Below are positions 1 through 10,769 of a stretch of 64,000 nt of DNA, piece by piece (the stretch's first letter is position 1; each line of letters starts with the position of its first letter). The translations under genes were made by a program, and so were the position numbers. The notes below the pieces were generated by a model. The model ran no database searches, was not told the DNA's origin, and saw nothing but the letters and a program-made list of their open reading frames with translations. Source of the stretch: an uncultured Chloroflexia bacterium (lineage in GTDB: Bacteria > Chloroflexota > Limnocylindria > Limnocylindrales > CSP1-4); assembly GCA_963718285.1 (NCBI GenBank), contig CAVQYU010000004.1, positions 86,838 through 150,837 on the forward strand, given 5' to 3'.

Positions 1-1502
1 CTGCGCCGGCCGCGGCGCCGACCTGTTCGAATCGACGGCCGCCGAGAACATCGGGGCGATGATCCTGGGCGTCGCGGTCTACACGATCGCCAAGGCCGCC
101 GGCTGGGCCCATCCCGAGGCGTGGATCTTCTTCCCGCTCGTCGTCCGGGCGTTCGGCCTGCTGTCCACGATCGTGGCGATCTTCTTCGTCCGCGGGCGCG
201 AGGACGAGGACCCGATGAACATGCTCAACCGGGGCTACTGGGTCACGACCGCCCTGTCGGTCGTCGGCCTGCTGATCGCGACCAACGTGATGATGCAGAC
301 CGGCAGCCAGGTCGGGCGCAGCGGCATTCCCGACCTGGGTCTGGTTCTTCGGGGCCGGCGTGGTCGGCCTGGCCACCAGCGTCGCCTTCGTCTACATCAC
401 CCAGTTCTACACGGCCGGCTCGTACCGGCCGGTCCGGGAGATCGCCGAGGCGTCCAAGACGGGTCCGGCGACGAACATCATCTCGGGCGTCGCGGTCGGC
501 TTCGAGACCACCTTCGCCACCGCGATCACGATCGGCATCGCCCTCTTCGCCAGCCACTGGCTCGGCTCGCAGGCCGGCCTGACCGACGCCAACGGCACGA
601 ACGTGGGCGGGATCTTCGGCACCGCCGTGGCGACGATGGGCATGCTCATGACCACGGCCTACGTCCTGGCCATGGACACCTTCGGGCCGATCACCGACAA
701 CGCCGGCGGGATCGCCGAGTTCAGCCGGGCCGAGGCCGGCGCCCGCGAGATCACCGACCGGCTCGACGCCGTCGGCAACACGACCAAGGCCCTGACCAAG
801 GGCTACGCGATCGCGTCGGCCTCGCTGGCCGCGTTCCTGCTGTTCAGCGCCTACATCGACAAGGTCAACCTGATCCTCGGCCGCCAGATCGCCGCCGGCG
901 AGGCCGACGTCAAGCTGCTGACCTCGGTCGACCTGGCCAACGTCAACGTGTTCATCGCCGCCCTGCTGGCGGCGATGCTCGTCTACTTCTTCAGCTCGCT
1001 GGCCATCCGGGCGGTGGGCAAGACGGCCCAGGCGATCATCGTCGAGGTCCGCCGCCAGTTCCGGGAGATGCCCGGGATCATGGACTACACCCAGCGCCCG
1101 GACTACGCCCGGGTCGTCGACATCACCACCCGCGCCGCCCTGCGCGAGATGGTCCTGCCGGGCGTGGTCGCGGTCAGCACCCCGATCATCGTCGGCGTCC
1201 TGCTGGGCTACGAGGCCGTGGCCGGCATGCTGATGGTGGGCACGATCTCCGGGGTCATGCTGGCCACCGTCCTGAACAACAGCGGCGGGGCCTGGGACAA
1301 CGCCAAGAAGTACATCGAGTCGGGCCACCTCCTCGACGAGGCCGGCAACGTGCTCGGCAAGAAGACCGAGGCCCATGCCGCGGCGGTCGTCGGCGACACG
1401 GTCGGCGATCCGTTCAAGGACACGGCCGGCCCGTCGCTCCACGTCCTCGTCAAGCTGCTGGCCACCGTCACCCTCGTCCTGGCCCCGCTCTTCATCCGCT
1501 AG
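1..1502 (+). CDS. hppA: Membrane-bound H+-translocating pyrophosphatase, 5'-truncated by window edge; apparent frameshift near 314-316
   Basis: Frame-2 ORF 59-~340 and frame-3 ORF 360-1502 both read as H+-PPase (...MMQTGSQ / WVWFFGAGVVGLATSVAFVYITQFYT...GDTVGDPFKDTAGPSL). Removing one G from GGG at 314-316 joins the two frames. Confidence 0.8.
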
Positions 1503-1598
1503 GGAGCGACGCCTCCATCCGGTCGGGCCTCAGGGTCCGGCCGGCGGCCGGAGCCCGACGCCCCGACGCCTGAGCGCGGCCGGCCACCAGGAGGCCTC

Positions 1599-2426
1599 GT
1601 GGATATCACCTTCCAGGCGCTGATCATGGGCATCGTCCAGGGCCTGACCGAGTTCCTGCCCGTGTCCAGCTCGGGCCACCTCGTGATCGTGCCCTACCTG
1701 CTGGGCTGGACCGACCCGTTCATCACCTCGCTCGCGTTCAGCGTGATGCTCCACCTGGGCACGCTCGTCGCCCTGCTGGTCTACTTCTGGCGGACTGGCT
1801 CGTCATCGTGCCGGCCGGCTTCGCGACCCTGCGCGAGCGGTCGTTCAAGGGCGATCCGAACCGCCGCCTGGCCTGGCTGCTGGTCGTCGCCACGATCCCG
1901 GCCGTCATCGCCGGCCCGATCCTCAACGACCGGCTGGAGGCCGCGGTCCGGACCGCCGAGGACGTGGCCGTCGCGATGGTCATCGGCGCCGCGATCCTGT
2001 GGCTGGCCGACCAGGTCGGCCGCGAAGACGGTCGAGGTCGAGAAGGTCTCGTTTCCGCTCGCGCTCGTCATCGGCGTGGCCCAGTCGATCGCCCTCGTGC
2101 CGGGCATCAGCCGGGCCGGGATCACGATCTCGGCCGGCCTGTTCGCCGGCCTGACCCGCGAGGCGGCGGCCCGCTTCAGCTTCCTGATGGCCACGCCGAT
2201 CATCGCCGGGGCCGGGCTCTTCGAGGCGCGCAACCTGGTCGCGCGGCGAGGCCGGCGTCGCGGTCCAGGTCGGGCCGCTGGTGGTGGGCATGGTCGCCGC
2301 CCTCGTCGCCGGCCTGGTGGCGATCACCTGATGCTGCGCTACGTCCGGACGCGCTCGTACCTGGTCTTCGTGGCCGAACGGGTGGTGATCGCCGGCCTCG
2401 TCCTCGTCGTCTTCCTGTCGCGCTGA
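1599..2426 (+). CDS. uppP: Undecaprenyl-diphosphatase (UppP/BacA); at least 3 apparent frameshifts (~1792, ~2025, ~2255)
   Basis: MDITFQALIMGIVQGLTEFLPVSSSGHLVIVPYLLGW..., then PAGFATLRERSFKGDPNRRLAWLLVVATIPAVIAG in a second frame, then SFPLALVIGVAQSIALVPGISRAGITISAGLFAGLTREAAARFSFLMATPIIAG back in the first frame. Confidence 0.8.
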   Translation: MDITFQALIMGIVQGLTEFLPVSSSGHLVIVPYLLGWTDPFITSLAFSVMLHLGTLVALLVYFWRTGSSSCRPASRPCASGRSRAIRTAAWPGCWSSPRSRPSSPARSSTTGWRPRSGPPRTWPSRWSSAPRSCGWPTRSAAKTVEVEKVSFPLALVIGVAQSIALVPGISRAGITISAGLFAGLTREAAARFSFLMATPIIAGAGLFEARNLVARRGRRRGPGRAAGGGHGRRPRRRPGGDHLMLRYVRTRSYLVFVAERVVIAGLVLVVFLSR

Positions 2427-2478
2427 TGGCCAGTCAGGGCCGATCCGGGCAGATAAGCGAAGACCACTGGACGGCGCC

Positions 2479-3003
2479 ATGGAGGTGATGAAGCAGCTCC
2501 GCCAGCGCTCGATCCGGGACCTGGTCGACCAGCGCCTGATCCGGACGCAGCAGGAGCTCGCCGCGGCCCTCCGCGAGCGTGGCTTCCGGACGACCCAGGC
2601 GACGATCAGCCGCGACGTCGCCGAGCTGGGCCTGATCAAGGTCGGCCGCGAGGGGACCCAGGCCTACGCCCTGCCGCCGCGCCTCGTCGAGGCCGAGATC
2701 AGCGGCGAGGACCGGCTGCGCAAGCTGTTCCGCGACCTGCCGGTCGAGATCCGGGAGGCCGGCCTGCTGCTCGTCATCCGCACCCTGCCCGGCTCGGCGC
2801 ATGCGATCGCGGCCGCCCTCGACCGGGCCCGCTGGCCGGAGGTGGCCGGCTCGATCGCGGGCGACGACACCCTCTTCGTCGCGTTCACCGACCGCGGCTC
2901 GCTGGGCCGCGTCAAGCGGCGCCTGCTGCGCCTCACGAAGGACGGGCATCGAGCCGACGGCCCCGAGCGTCGCGCTTTGACACTGGGAGGGCCCGCGAAG
3001 TAG
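2479..3003 (+). CDS. argR: Arginine repressor ArgR
   Basis: 174 aa: RTQQELAAALRERGFRTTQATISRDVAELGLIKV...YALP, an ArgR N-terminal wHTH, plus a C-terminal oligomerisation region. Confidence 0.7.
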   Translation: MEVMKQLRQRSIRDLVDQRLIRTQQELAAALRERGFRTTQATISRDVAELGLIKVGREGTQAYALPPRLVEAEISGEDRLRKLFRDLPVEIREAGLLLVIRTLPGSAHAIAAALDRARWPEVAGSIAGDDTLFVAFTDRGSLGRVKRRLLRLTKDGHRADGPERRALTLGGPAK

Positions 3004-3026
3004 CATTCGGGCCGGCTGAACTTCAG

Positions 3027-3072
3027 GTCCGCCTCCAGCGGCGGAGGCCTGGAGTTCTTCGTTTACCAAGAC
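3027..3072 (+). terminator. Possible intrinsic terminator after argR
   Basis: GC-rich imperfect hairpin ...ccgCCTCCagcggcGGAGGcc... followed by a T-rich tract gttcttcgttt. Confidence 0.3.
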
Positions 3073-3099
3073 CCCGCTGGCCGTTGCGCCCAGATCCCC

Positions 3100-3583
3100 A
3101 TGGGGGCCCCCCACACCGTGAACAACAAGCCCACCTACCTCTCCCAGGGCGGCCTCGAGAAGCTCCGCGACGAGCTGGACGAGATGGTCCAGGTTCGGCG
3201 CGCCGAGGTCGCCGGCCGGATCCACGATGCCAAGGAGCACGGCGACCTCTCCGAGAACGCCGAGTACGAGGACGCCAAGAACGAGCAGGCGTTCGTCGAG
3301 GGCCGGATCCAGACCCTCGAGGCGCTGATCAAGAACGCCACGATCATCGACGAGCACCATTCCACCGAGCACGTCCAGATCGGCTCGACGGTCATCGTCG
3401 AGAGCGGCGACGGGACCGAGTCGTTCACGATCGTGGGCTCGGCCGAGGCGGCCCCGAGAGAGGGCCGGATCTCGAACGAGTCGCCGGTCGGGCGGGTCCT
3501 GCTGGGCAAGAAGAAGGGCGACAAGGTCGTCGTCAAGGTGCCCGGCCGGCGACTTCACCTACACGATCACCAAGATCAGCTGA
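3100..3583 (+). CDS. greA: Transcription elongation factor GreA; apparent frameshift near 3545
   Basis: LSQGGLEKLRDELDEMVQVRRAEVAGRIHDAKEHGDLSENAEYEDAKNEQAFVEGRIQTLE. The C-terminus ...VKVPAGDFTYTITKIS* is recovered in a second frame. Confidence 0.8.
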
Positions 3584-3610
3584 CCGGGTCCGACCCAGGG
3601 AGCTCGGGCC

Positions 3611-5235
3611 ATGGATTGGGCGGACGAGCTGGCCGCCTCGGTCGACGGGACCGCAGGTCGTCAACGACAGCAAGACACCATCGGGCACCGTCCACGTGGG
3701 CAGCCTGCGCGGGCCGGTGATCCTCGACGTGATCGCCCGGGCCCTGCGCGCCCGCGGGCACCGAGACGAGCCTGCTGCTACGGGATCGACGACCTCGATC
3801 CGATGGACGCCCAGGCGCTCCTGACGCCGGATGCCGTCGAGCACGAGATGGGCCGGCCGCTGGCCCACGTGCCCGACCAGGCCGGCGACTGCCACGCCTC
3901 GTACGCCCGCCACCACGCCCAGACGTTCATCGACACGTTCGCCGGCCTCGGCATCCAGCCCGATCGCTACTACTGGATGAGCGAGCTGTACGCCGCCGGC
4001 ACGGTCGACCCGTACATCCGGATCGCGCTCGACCGGGCCGAGGCCGTCCGGGCGATCTACCTGCGCGTCGCCAAGGTCCAGCATCCGGCCGACTGGCACC
4101 CGATCCAGGTCGATCTGCGAGAACTGCGGCCGGATCGGCACCACGATCGTGACGCGACTGGGACGGCCAGCGGATCTACTACGAATGCCGGCCGAACCTC
4201 GTCACCTGGGCCACGGGCTGCGGCCACAGCCGGCTGGGTCGAGCCGTTCGGCGGCCGGGCCAAGCTCGGCTGGAACCTCGAGTGGGCCGCCCAGTGGAGC
4301 ATCTTCGGGGTGACGATCGAGCCGTGCGGCAAGGACCTCGCCACGGCCGGCGGCTCGCGCGACCGGGCCGACGCGATCGCCCGCGAGATCTTCGAGCGCG
4401 AGCCGCCGCTCAACGTGCCGTACGAGTTCCTGAACATCGGCGGCCGCAAGATGTCGACCTCCAAGGGCCTCGGCGTCGCGGCCCACGAGATCGTCCGAGG
4501 TCGTCCCGCCCGAGCAGCTCCGCCTGCTCTTCCTGCGTCCGCGGCCGCAGACCGCGATCGAGTTCGACCCGGTCGGCACGGACGCGATCCCGCGCCTGTT
4601 CGACGAGTTCGACCGGCTGGCCGACGCGACGGCCGGGCGGCCCGTCCGGGGCGAGCTGCCGGCCGGCCACGAGAGCGTCTTCCGCTACTCGCTGCTCGAT
4701 CCGGCCGCCGACGTGGCGGCCGTCGCCGCGGCGTTCCGGCCGGCCTTCGGCCACCTGGCGCTCCTCCGCCAGATCCCGGGGGTCGACATCGACGCCCGGA
4801 TCGAGGCCGAGAAGGGCGGCCCGCTGACCGCCGGCCGAGGCGGCCACCTTGCGCGAGCGGATCGCCGCCGCCGATGCCTGGCTCGAGGCGTTTGCGCCCG
4901 GACAAGGTCGCGGATCGCGGTCCGCCGCGACGGCCTGCCCGACGAGGCCGCCGCGCTGGAGCGCGGACCAGCGGGCGTGGCTCGGCGGCCTGGCCGAGGC
5001 GGTCGCCGGCGGCCCGCCGGTCCGGCGTCCGGCGATGCCTGGCAGGCCCTGATCTTCTCGACCGCGACCGAGCGCCGGGCTGCCCCCCGGCGGGCCTTCG
5101 CGCGCGCTCTACCTGGCCTTCCTCGGGCCGCCCGAACGGGCCCCGGGCCGGCTGGCTGCTGGCCAGCCTCGAACCCGCCTTCGTGCAGGAGCGGCTGCGG
5201 GCCGCCGCGGCCGGAGCCGGCCGTGCAGGAGCCGC
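3611..5235 (+). CDS. lysK: Class I lysyl-tRNA synthetase (LysK-type); several apparent frameshifts; end approximate
   Basis: MDWADELA...[34 protein letters not shown] (HIGH-like motif) and [15 protein letters not shown] (KMSKS), distributed over 3 frames. C-terminal ...[21 protein letters not shown]. Confidence 0.75.
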
Positions 5236-6593
5236 ATGAGCGTCGGCCTGCAGCGCCTGCGCGACGATGCGCCGATGCGATCCGCCAGGGCGCGATCGAC
5301 AAGGGCGAGGACCCGGCGATCGTCGATGCGGCCCTGGCCGCCGACGCCCGCCGCCGGGAGCTGCTGGCCGAGGGCGACCGCCTCAAGGCCGAGCGCAACA
5401 CGGCGTCGAAGGCGATCGGCGAGGCGATCCGGGCCGGGGCCGACCCGACGGGCCCGAGACGCGCGGCCCTGCGGGCCCACTCGACCGCGGCCGGCGAGCG
5501 GATCGCGGCGATCGACGCCGAGCTGGCCGACGGTCGAGGCGAGCGTCGAGGACCTCCTCCTGCGGATCCCCAACCCGGCCGACCCCGACATCCCGGTCGG
5601 CGGCGAAGAGGCGAACGTCACGATCCGGGAGTGGGGCGAGCAGCTGCCCGGCGTCCAGCCGCTGAGCGGCGAGGTCGGCGCCGACGCCCCGCCCGGCGGC
5701 CCGAGCTGGGAGCGCCGGCCGCACTGGGAGGTCGGCGCCGGCCTCGGGATCTTCGATCTCGAGCGCGGCGCGAAGATCGCCGGCTCGGGCTTCCCCGTCT
5801 ATCGCGGCCTCGGGCTCGGCCCTCCAGCGCGCGCCTGATCAGCTGGTTCCTCGACGTCCACACCCGCGAGAACGGCTTCACCGAGATCTGGCCGCCGGCG
5901 GTGGTCAACGCCGCATCGGCCCGGGGCACCGGCCAGATCCCGGACAAGGAAGACCAGATGTACGTCGTCGGCCGCGACGACCTGTACCTCGTGCCGACGG
6001 CCGAGGTCCCGGTCACGAACCTCCACCGCGACGAGATCTTCGAGGCGTCCGAGCTGCCCGTCCGCTACGCGGCCTACTCGCCCTGCTTCCGGCGCGAGGC
6101 CGGCGCCGCCGGCAAGGACACCCGGGGGATCCTCCGCGTCCACCAGTTCGACAAGGTCGAGATGGTCCTCTTCGAGCGGCCCGAGGCGAGCCGCGGCGGC
6201 CCTCGAATGGATGACCGGGCGGGCCGAGGACCTCCTCCAGCGCCTCGGCCTGGCCTATCGGGTGCTGCTCATGGCCACCCGCGAGATGGGCTTCACCCAG
6301 GGCCGCAAGTACGACATCGAGGTCTGGGCGCCCGGCGTGGAGCGCTGGCTCGAGGTCAGCTCGTGCTCGAACTTCCGCGACTACCAGGCCCGCCGGATGG
6401 CCGTCCGCTACCGGCCCGAGCCCGGCGCCAAGCCCGAGCTCGTGCACACCCTCAACGGCTCGGGCCTGGCCCTGCCGCGGGTCGTCGCGGCGATCCTCGA
6501 GACGTTCCAGAACCCCGACGGCATCGGTGGCCGTGCCCGAGGTGCCTGCGGCCGTATCTCGGCCAGGCGGCGGAGCTTCGCCCGCCGGCCTGA
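5236..6593 (+). CDS. serS: Seryl-tRNA synthetase; several apparent frameshifts
   Basis: [19 protein letters not shown]...; [18 protein letters not shown]...[34 protein letters not shown]...[40 protein letters not shown] (class II motifs), read across 3 frames. Confidence 0.8.
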
Positions 6594-6614
6594 TCGCGCT
6601 ATCCTCGGGCCGCC

Positions 6615-6704
6615 GGAGAGGTGGCAGAGCGGTCGAATGCGGCGGTCTTGAAAACCGCAGAGGGTGCAAGCCTTCCCTGGGTTCGAATCCCAGCCTCTCC
6701 GCCA
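6615..6704 (+). tRNA. tRNA-Ser(UGA), type II with long variable arm, CCA encoded
   Basis: ggagaggtggcagagcggtcgaatgcggcggtcTTGAaaaccgc...gggttcgaatcccagcctctccgcca. Anticodon loop cuUGAaa. Confidence 0.85.
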
Positions 6705-7072
6705 GCCTGGCCGGCGCGTCGCTGTTGATCCTGGTGGGACAAAGCCGCCATTTCGCGTGCGGCCCACGCCGCGCGCCAGTCGGTACATCGTCAATTCATC
6801 CCGGCCCACGCTTGGCTCGGGATCGAATCCGGGCTATGAGTGCGCGGACGCCTGCTCGAACGGCGCGAAACCCTCGATTTGTCCCATCGAGATCAACATC
6901 GATACGACGCCGGCCCCGTCGCCGGGTCTGTGGCCCGGCCCCGCCTCCCACCGGGTGCCGCGGCCCCGGTACTTCCGGCGGCCCACCCTAGTACGATCAG
7001 TGAGCGCCGCGCCATACCCGGATGTGCCCTCCGAGCTGGTGCGCGACGAGTCAGGAAGCAGAGGGTCTGACC

Positions 7073-7777
7073 ATGCGAAGACTGATCGCCAGCACACTCG
7101 GTGCGCTCCTGCTCGTGGCCCTGATGGTGGCGCCCACCATGGCCCACACGGCCTCCGCCACCTGCGATCACATCACCCTGGGCAAGGTGCCCAACGGGGT
7201 CTCGGCCACGCTGACGCCGGGTCCGATCGTGATCAGCCCGCCCAACAAGACGACGTCGATCAACGGCACCTACGAAGTGCCTCCAGCCACCTACCAGATC
7301 GTCTTCTCCGACGGCTCGATCATTCACAGGATCACCGTCCCGTCCTGCCCGTCGCCGAGCCCGAGCACCTCACCCACGCCGACGCCAACGAGCAGCGCGA
7401 CGCCGAGCCCGTCCCCGGTCCCCAGTCCAAGCCCCTCGGGTGGTGGCCCGAGCCCGACGCCCAGTGCCAGCCCAACGCCCAGCAGCTCACCTAGCCCGAC
7501 GCCGAGCAGCTCACCCAGTGCCACGCCGTCCCCCAGCTCGGTCGTGACTCCGACTCCGCCGCCAACGCCCACCCCGACACCATCGTCGGGTCAGGTCCAG
7601 GGCGCGACAGCGACACCGAGGCCAACCGTCCCCGCGACCGACACGCTGGCCGACTCAGGCAGCGACGGGCTGTCGGCGGGCCTGCCGATCTTCCTCTTCC
7701 TGCTCATCGGGATCAACGTCAGCCTGACCCTGCTCCTGCGCACCCAGGGCCAGCCGGGTCGTCGCCGCCGGGGCTGA
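7073..7777 (+). CDS. Secreted Pro/Thr/Ser-rich surface protein with a C-terminal sorting-signal-like anchor (candidate sortase substrate)
   Basis: Signal peptide MRRLIASTLGALLLVALMVAPTMA, a small globular region, a ~100-aa (S/T/P)n linker, then ...TLADSGSDGLSAGLPIFLFLLIGINVSLTLLLRTQGQPGRRRRG* (hydrophobic helix plus basic tail). Confidence 0.55.
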   Translation: MRRLIASTLGALLLVALMVAPTMAHTASATCDHITLGKVPNGVSATLTPGPIVISPPNKTTSINGTYEVPPATYQIVFSDGSIIHRITVPSCPSPSPSTSPTPTPTSSATPSPSPVPSPSPSGGGPSPTPSASPTPSSSPSPTPSSSPSATPSPSSVVTPTPPPTPTPTPSSGQVQGATATPRPTVPATDTLADSGSDGLSAGLPIFLFLLIGINVSLTLLLRTQGQPGRRRRG

Positions 7778-7869
7778 ATCCCTTCAGCCCAACGAGGCCG
7801 GGAATCCGAGCCGGGAATCGAAACGGGCGCCGATTCCGGCGCCCGTTTCGGATGAGTCCTGGAAGCCTG

Positions 7870-8076
7870 TTAGACGCTATGCCCGACGTTGCTGAGGATC
7901 TTGGAAACCTGTCCGCCCAGGAAGATCAGGGCGATGATGGCGACGATCGCGATGAGGGCGAGGATGAGTGCGTATTCAGCGAGACCCTGACCAGCGGTCA
8001 GGAAGCGCCGGGTGCGCAATACAGCGGTAAGCGTCTCCGAAGAGATGCTGCTGTACCAGGAATACAGTCGAGTCAC
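7870..8076 (-). CDS. flp: Flp/Fap-family type IVb pilin (Tad pilus major pilin)
   Basis: 68 aa VTRLYSWYSSISSETLTAVLRTRRFLTAGQGLAEYALILALIAIVAIIALIFLGGQ... with the G/AEY processing motif. GTG start at 8076 with a perfect SD (AAGGAGGTGA) 5 nt upstream. Confidence 0.75.
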   Translation of the reverse strand: MTRLYSWYSSISSETLTAVLRTRRFLTAGQGLAEYALILALIAIVAIIALIFLGGQVSKILSNVGHSV

Positions 8077-8550
8077 GTTTTCACCTCCTTTCTTTCGGAT
8101 TTCGGAACATAGTACGTGCCGCCGTTAGGCTACTTGAGCCGTCTTTCGGGGGTCAACAGTACCGATGGCGTACTGGGTACGGCCCGCTCCTTCAGGAATG
8201 AGTCAGGAAGCTGCTAGACACTCCCGGCCTGTGCCGCTCGTGTGCTCACAGCCGCCAGATCCGCACCGCCCGCGGCTCGGTCTACTGGCTGTGCCAGCTG
8301 TCAACGATCGACCCGCGTTTCCCGCGCTACCCGGCCCTCCCGGTCCGAACCTGCTCTGGCTTCGAGCCATCCATCGGCCGGGTCCGGCCGGCGCCCGGGC
8401 CGACCCCCTCGAGGCCGAGCCTGGGTCGGAGCGGCACTGATTCGCCGGGCCCATTAGGCTTGAGTCCCGGGCCCACCAGGCCTGGCCTACGGAAGTCGGC
8501 CAGCAGACTGGGCCGGCACCAGACGCCACCCTCGACCACGGAGTCCGACC

Positions 8551-9185
8551 ATGACCGAGCAGCCGTCCTTCGAGCGCGAAGAGGACATCGTCGATGGCGA
8601 TGCCGCGACGCACCTCGAAGCCCTTGGCTTCGGCGCGGTCGTGCCGGCCCCCCAGGTCGCCCGCAGCGAGGGGCTCCCGCTCGAGCTCGTCGGCCAGCAC
8701 CTGCGCCTGTCGGGCACGGTCAACATCGGCTTCCACAATCGGCTGTCCGACTTCATGAACAACAACGACGGCCTGATCCACCTTCGCGACGTCACCGTGC
8801 TCCGGCGCAACGGTGATCCGACCAAGGTCACCTCCCCGGCATCTGGGTGAACCCCGAAGAGGTGACCCTGATCGGCGAGCTGTCCGACGTCGACGAGCCG
8901 GCCACCGGCAGTCACGAGTACCGGGAGAAGAAGGCCTTCTACCTGATCGTCGTCACCCCCGGTCACACCCTGACCGGCGCGATCCACCTGAACCCGCAGG
9001 CGGTCCTGTCGGCCTTCATCGAATCGCGCGATCCGATGTGGATTCCGATGACCGACGTACGCACCCGATCGCTGGCCGACCGGCGGGTGATCTCCCGCTA
9101 CGCCTTCACCGTAATCAATAGACGCCACATCGTGGCGGCTACCGAGCTGGCGCCCGGCCTCATCCGCGGGAAAGGCGTGCTGTAG
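8551..9185 (+). CDS. Hypothetical protein of unknown function; apparent frameshift near 8835
   Basis: ORF 8551-8850 and ORF 8847-9185 are adjacent in different frames and both protein-like (RLSGTVNIGFHNRLSDFMNNNDGLIHLRDVTVL / KKAFYLIVVTPGHTLTGAIHLNPQAVLSAFIESRDPMWIPMTDVRT). No family recognised. Confidence 0.45.
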
Positions 9186-9288
9186 GCGCTGCGGTGCGCA
9201 CTGGCAACGGGTGGTTAGCCGGGTCTGGACGAAACCGGGTGAGTCTGGAGTACGCTCCGCGTCCGGGCTAGGTGCATAGCGAGCGAAC

Positions 9289-10769
9289 ATGGCCAAGATG
9301 CGTGGATTCCTGAAGTCAAAACCGAAGATTGACGACGCCGAGTGGGCGCTTGCCCAATCCCGAACCGCAGAACGGCTGGCGGGCCTGTTCAACGATGCCA
9401 CCGAGGACGAGGCTGAACCCGCGGTCTCGCCACAGGCCGAGGCAGAGGCGTCGGGCGAGGTCGTAGCCGTGGGCAACGCGGGTGCCGAGCGGCCGCCGAT
9501 CGTGGTCGTCGGCGCGGGCCCCCTCGACCCGGGCCTGCCTGAGCTCGCCGAGAGCGAACCGGTCGCCCAGAAGGAGCCCGAGCCGGTGGCCGCGAACGAG
9601 CCCGAGCCGGTGGCCCAGCTCGTGACCGAGCCAGTGCCGGTCGCCGAGGTCGGGCCCGCTGTTGAGGTCGAGCCGGTAGGAGTGATGGCCGAGCCCGAGG
9701 ATCGATTCGACGAGAACGGCTGGCAGCTGCCCGCTCGATCGCCCGATGTCAAACCGGCCGGCCTCCCCCGGACCGCCCGGTCGGCCGCGACTGCGGGCAA
9801 GACCTCGGGCAAGACCTCGGGCAAGACCGCCGCCCAGGCCCCCGCCAGGAGCACCCACCAGGCCGGCGCATCGAAGCCGCGCCAGTCCGGCGCAGCCAGC
9901 CAGACCGCCAAACCTGCCCGTCCCAAGGCAACGGTCGCCGGCAGCCGCCCGCCGGTGCCTCCTGTCCACGCCAGCAAGCCCCGGGCCAAGCGCAAGGCCG
10001 CGGCCAAGGCGATGCCGGCCGCGGTCGCCCACTGCCCGTACTGCGCGCTCCTGCTCGAACCGCCCCGACCGCCAGCCGGCGCTGCGAGCGGTGCCGGCAG
10101 CGGATCATGGTCAAGCGGGTCGACGGCCGCGCGGTCTACCTTACCGAGGCCGCCGTGGCCGTCTTCGACGCAGAGCGCAAGCGCATCGCCAGCGGCGCCC
10201 GGCTCGGCGCGCGAGCGAGATCGCTGGCTGCAGCCTGGCAGCGTCCGCCCATGCGCCCGAGAACCGCCACGCCCAGCTGAGCGCGGCCCGGCTGTCCGAG
10301 GAGACCGTCGCCGCCTCGAAGGCGCTCTATTTCGGTGCCGTCGATCGGGCGTTCCGGGCGGCGCGGAAGGCCAAGGACTGGGATGCGGCGGCTCGGCTCC
10401 GGCGTGACCAGGCGGCCGCCCTGTTCCGTGCCGCCGAGGGATCGTCCAAGCCGCCGTCGCCGGAGGTGGTTGCGCTGTTTCGCGAGGGGGTGGCCTCCGA
10501 GCTCCGAGGGATCGCGGAGATCAGTCGCGATGCCGAGCTCGTGGCGGCGTCCTGCTGCGACGCCTGCCGGGCCGACGACCACCGGATCTTCAAGATCAGC
10601 ACGCGAGCTCCGCCAGCCGCGCCTGCCCCATGCCGCATGCCCCAAGGGACTCTGCCGCTGCCATTGGGACCTTGCCGCGCGCGACCGCACGATGATGCGC
10701 CGCTACCTGCGCCGCCGGCCGGCGGGCGAAGCCCGGCCCGGCGCCGTCGAGGTTGGCACGCCGGCCTGA
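9289..10769 (+). CDS. Hypothetical protein, paralog A: acidic/Pro-rich low-complexity N-region, double CxxC zinc-ribbon, C-terminal Cys-cluster domain; at least 2 apparent frameshifts
   Basis: CPYCALLLEPPRP...CERCRQRIMVKRVDGRAVYLTEAAVAVFDAERKRI ... ALYFGAVDRAFRAARKAKDWDAAARLRRDQAAALF...LFREGVASELRGIAEISRDAELVAASCCDACRADDHRIFKI...RLPHAACPKGLCRCHW, spread over 3 frames. Confidence 0.5.

Noticed and set aside
7330-7620. Periodic DNA repeats in the Pro/Thr/Ser-coding stalk (also 57300-57900 and 58900-59250) considered as a possible CRISPR array or minisatellite.
   Set aside because: The repeats are imperfect, in-frame and encode low-complexity protein linkers. There are no constant-length spacers and no cas genes.
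8203-8781. 192-aa minus-strand ORF upstream of the flp pilin, considered as a possible tad accessory gene.
   Set aside because: It overlaps the start of the plus-strand gene at 8551 and translates to Arg/Gly/Ala-rich low-complexity sequence with no TM or Tad motifs. It is likely a GC artefact.
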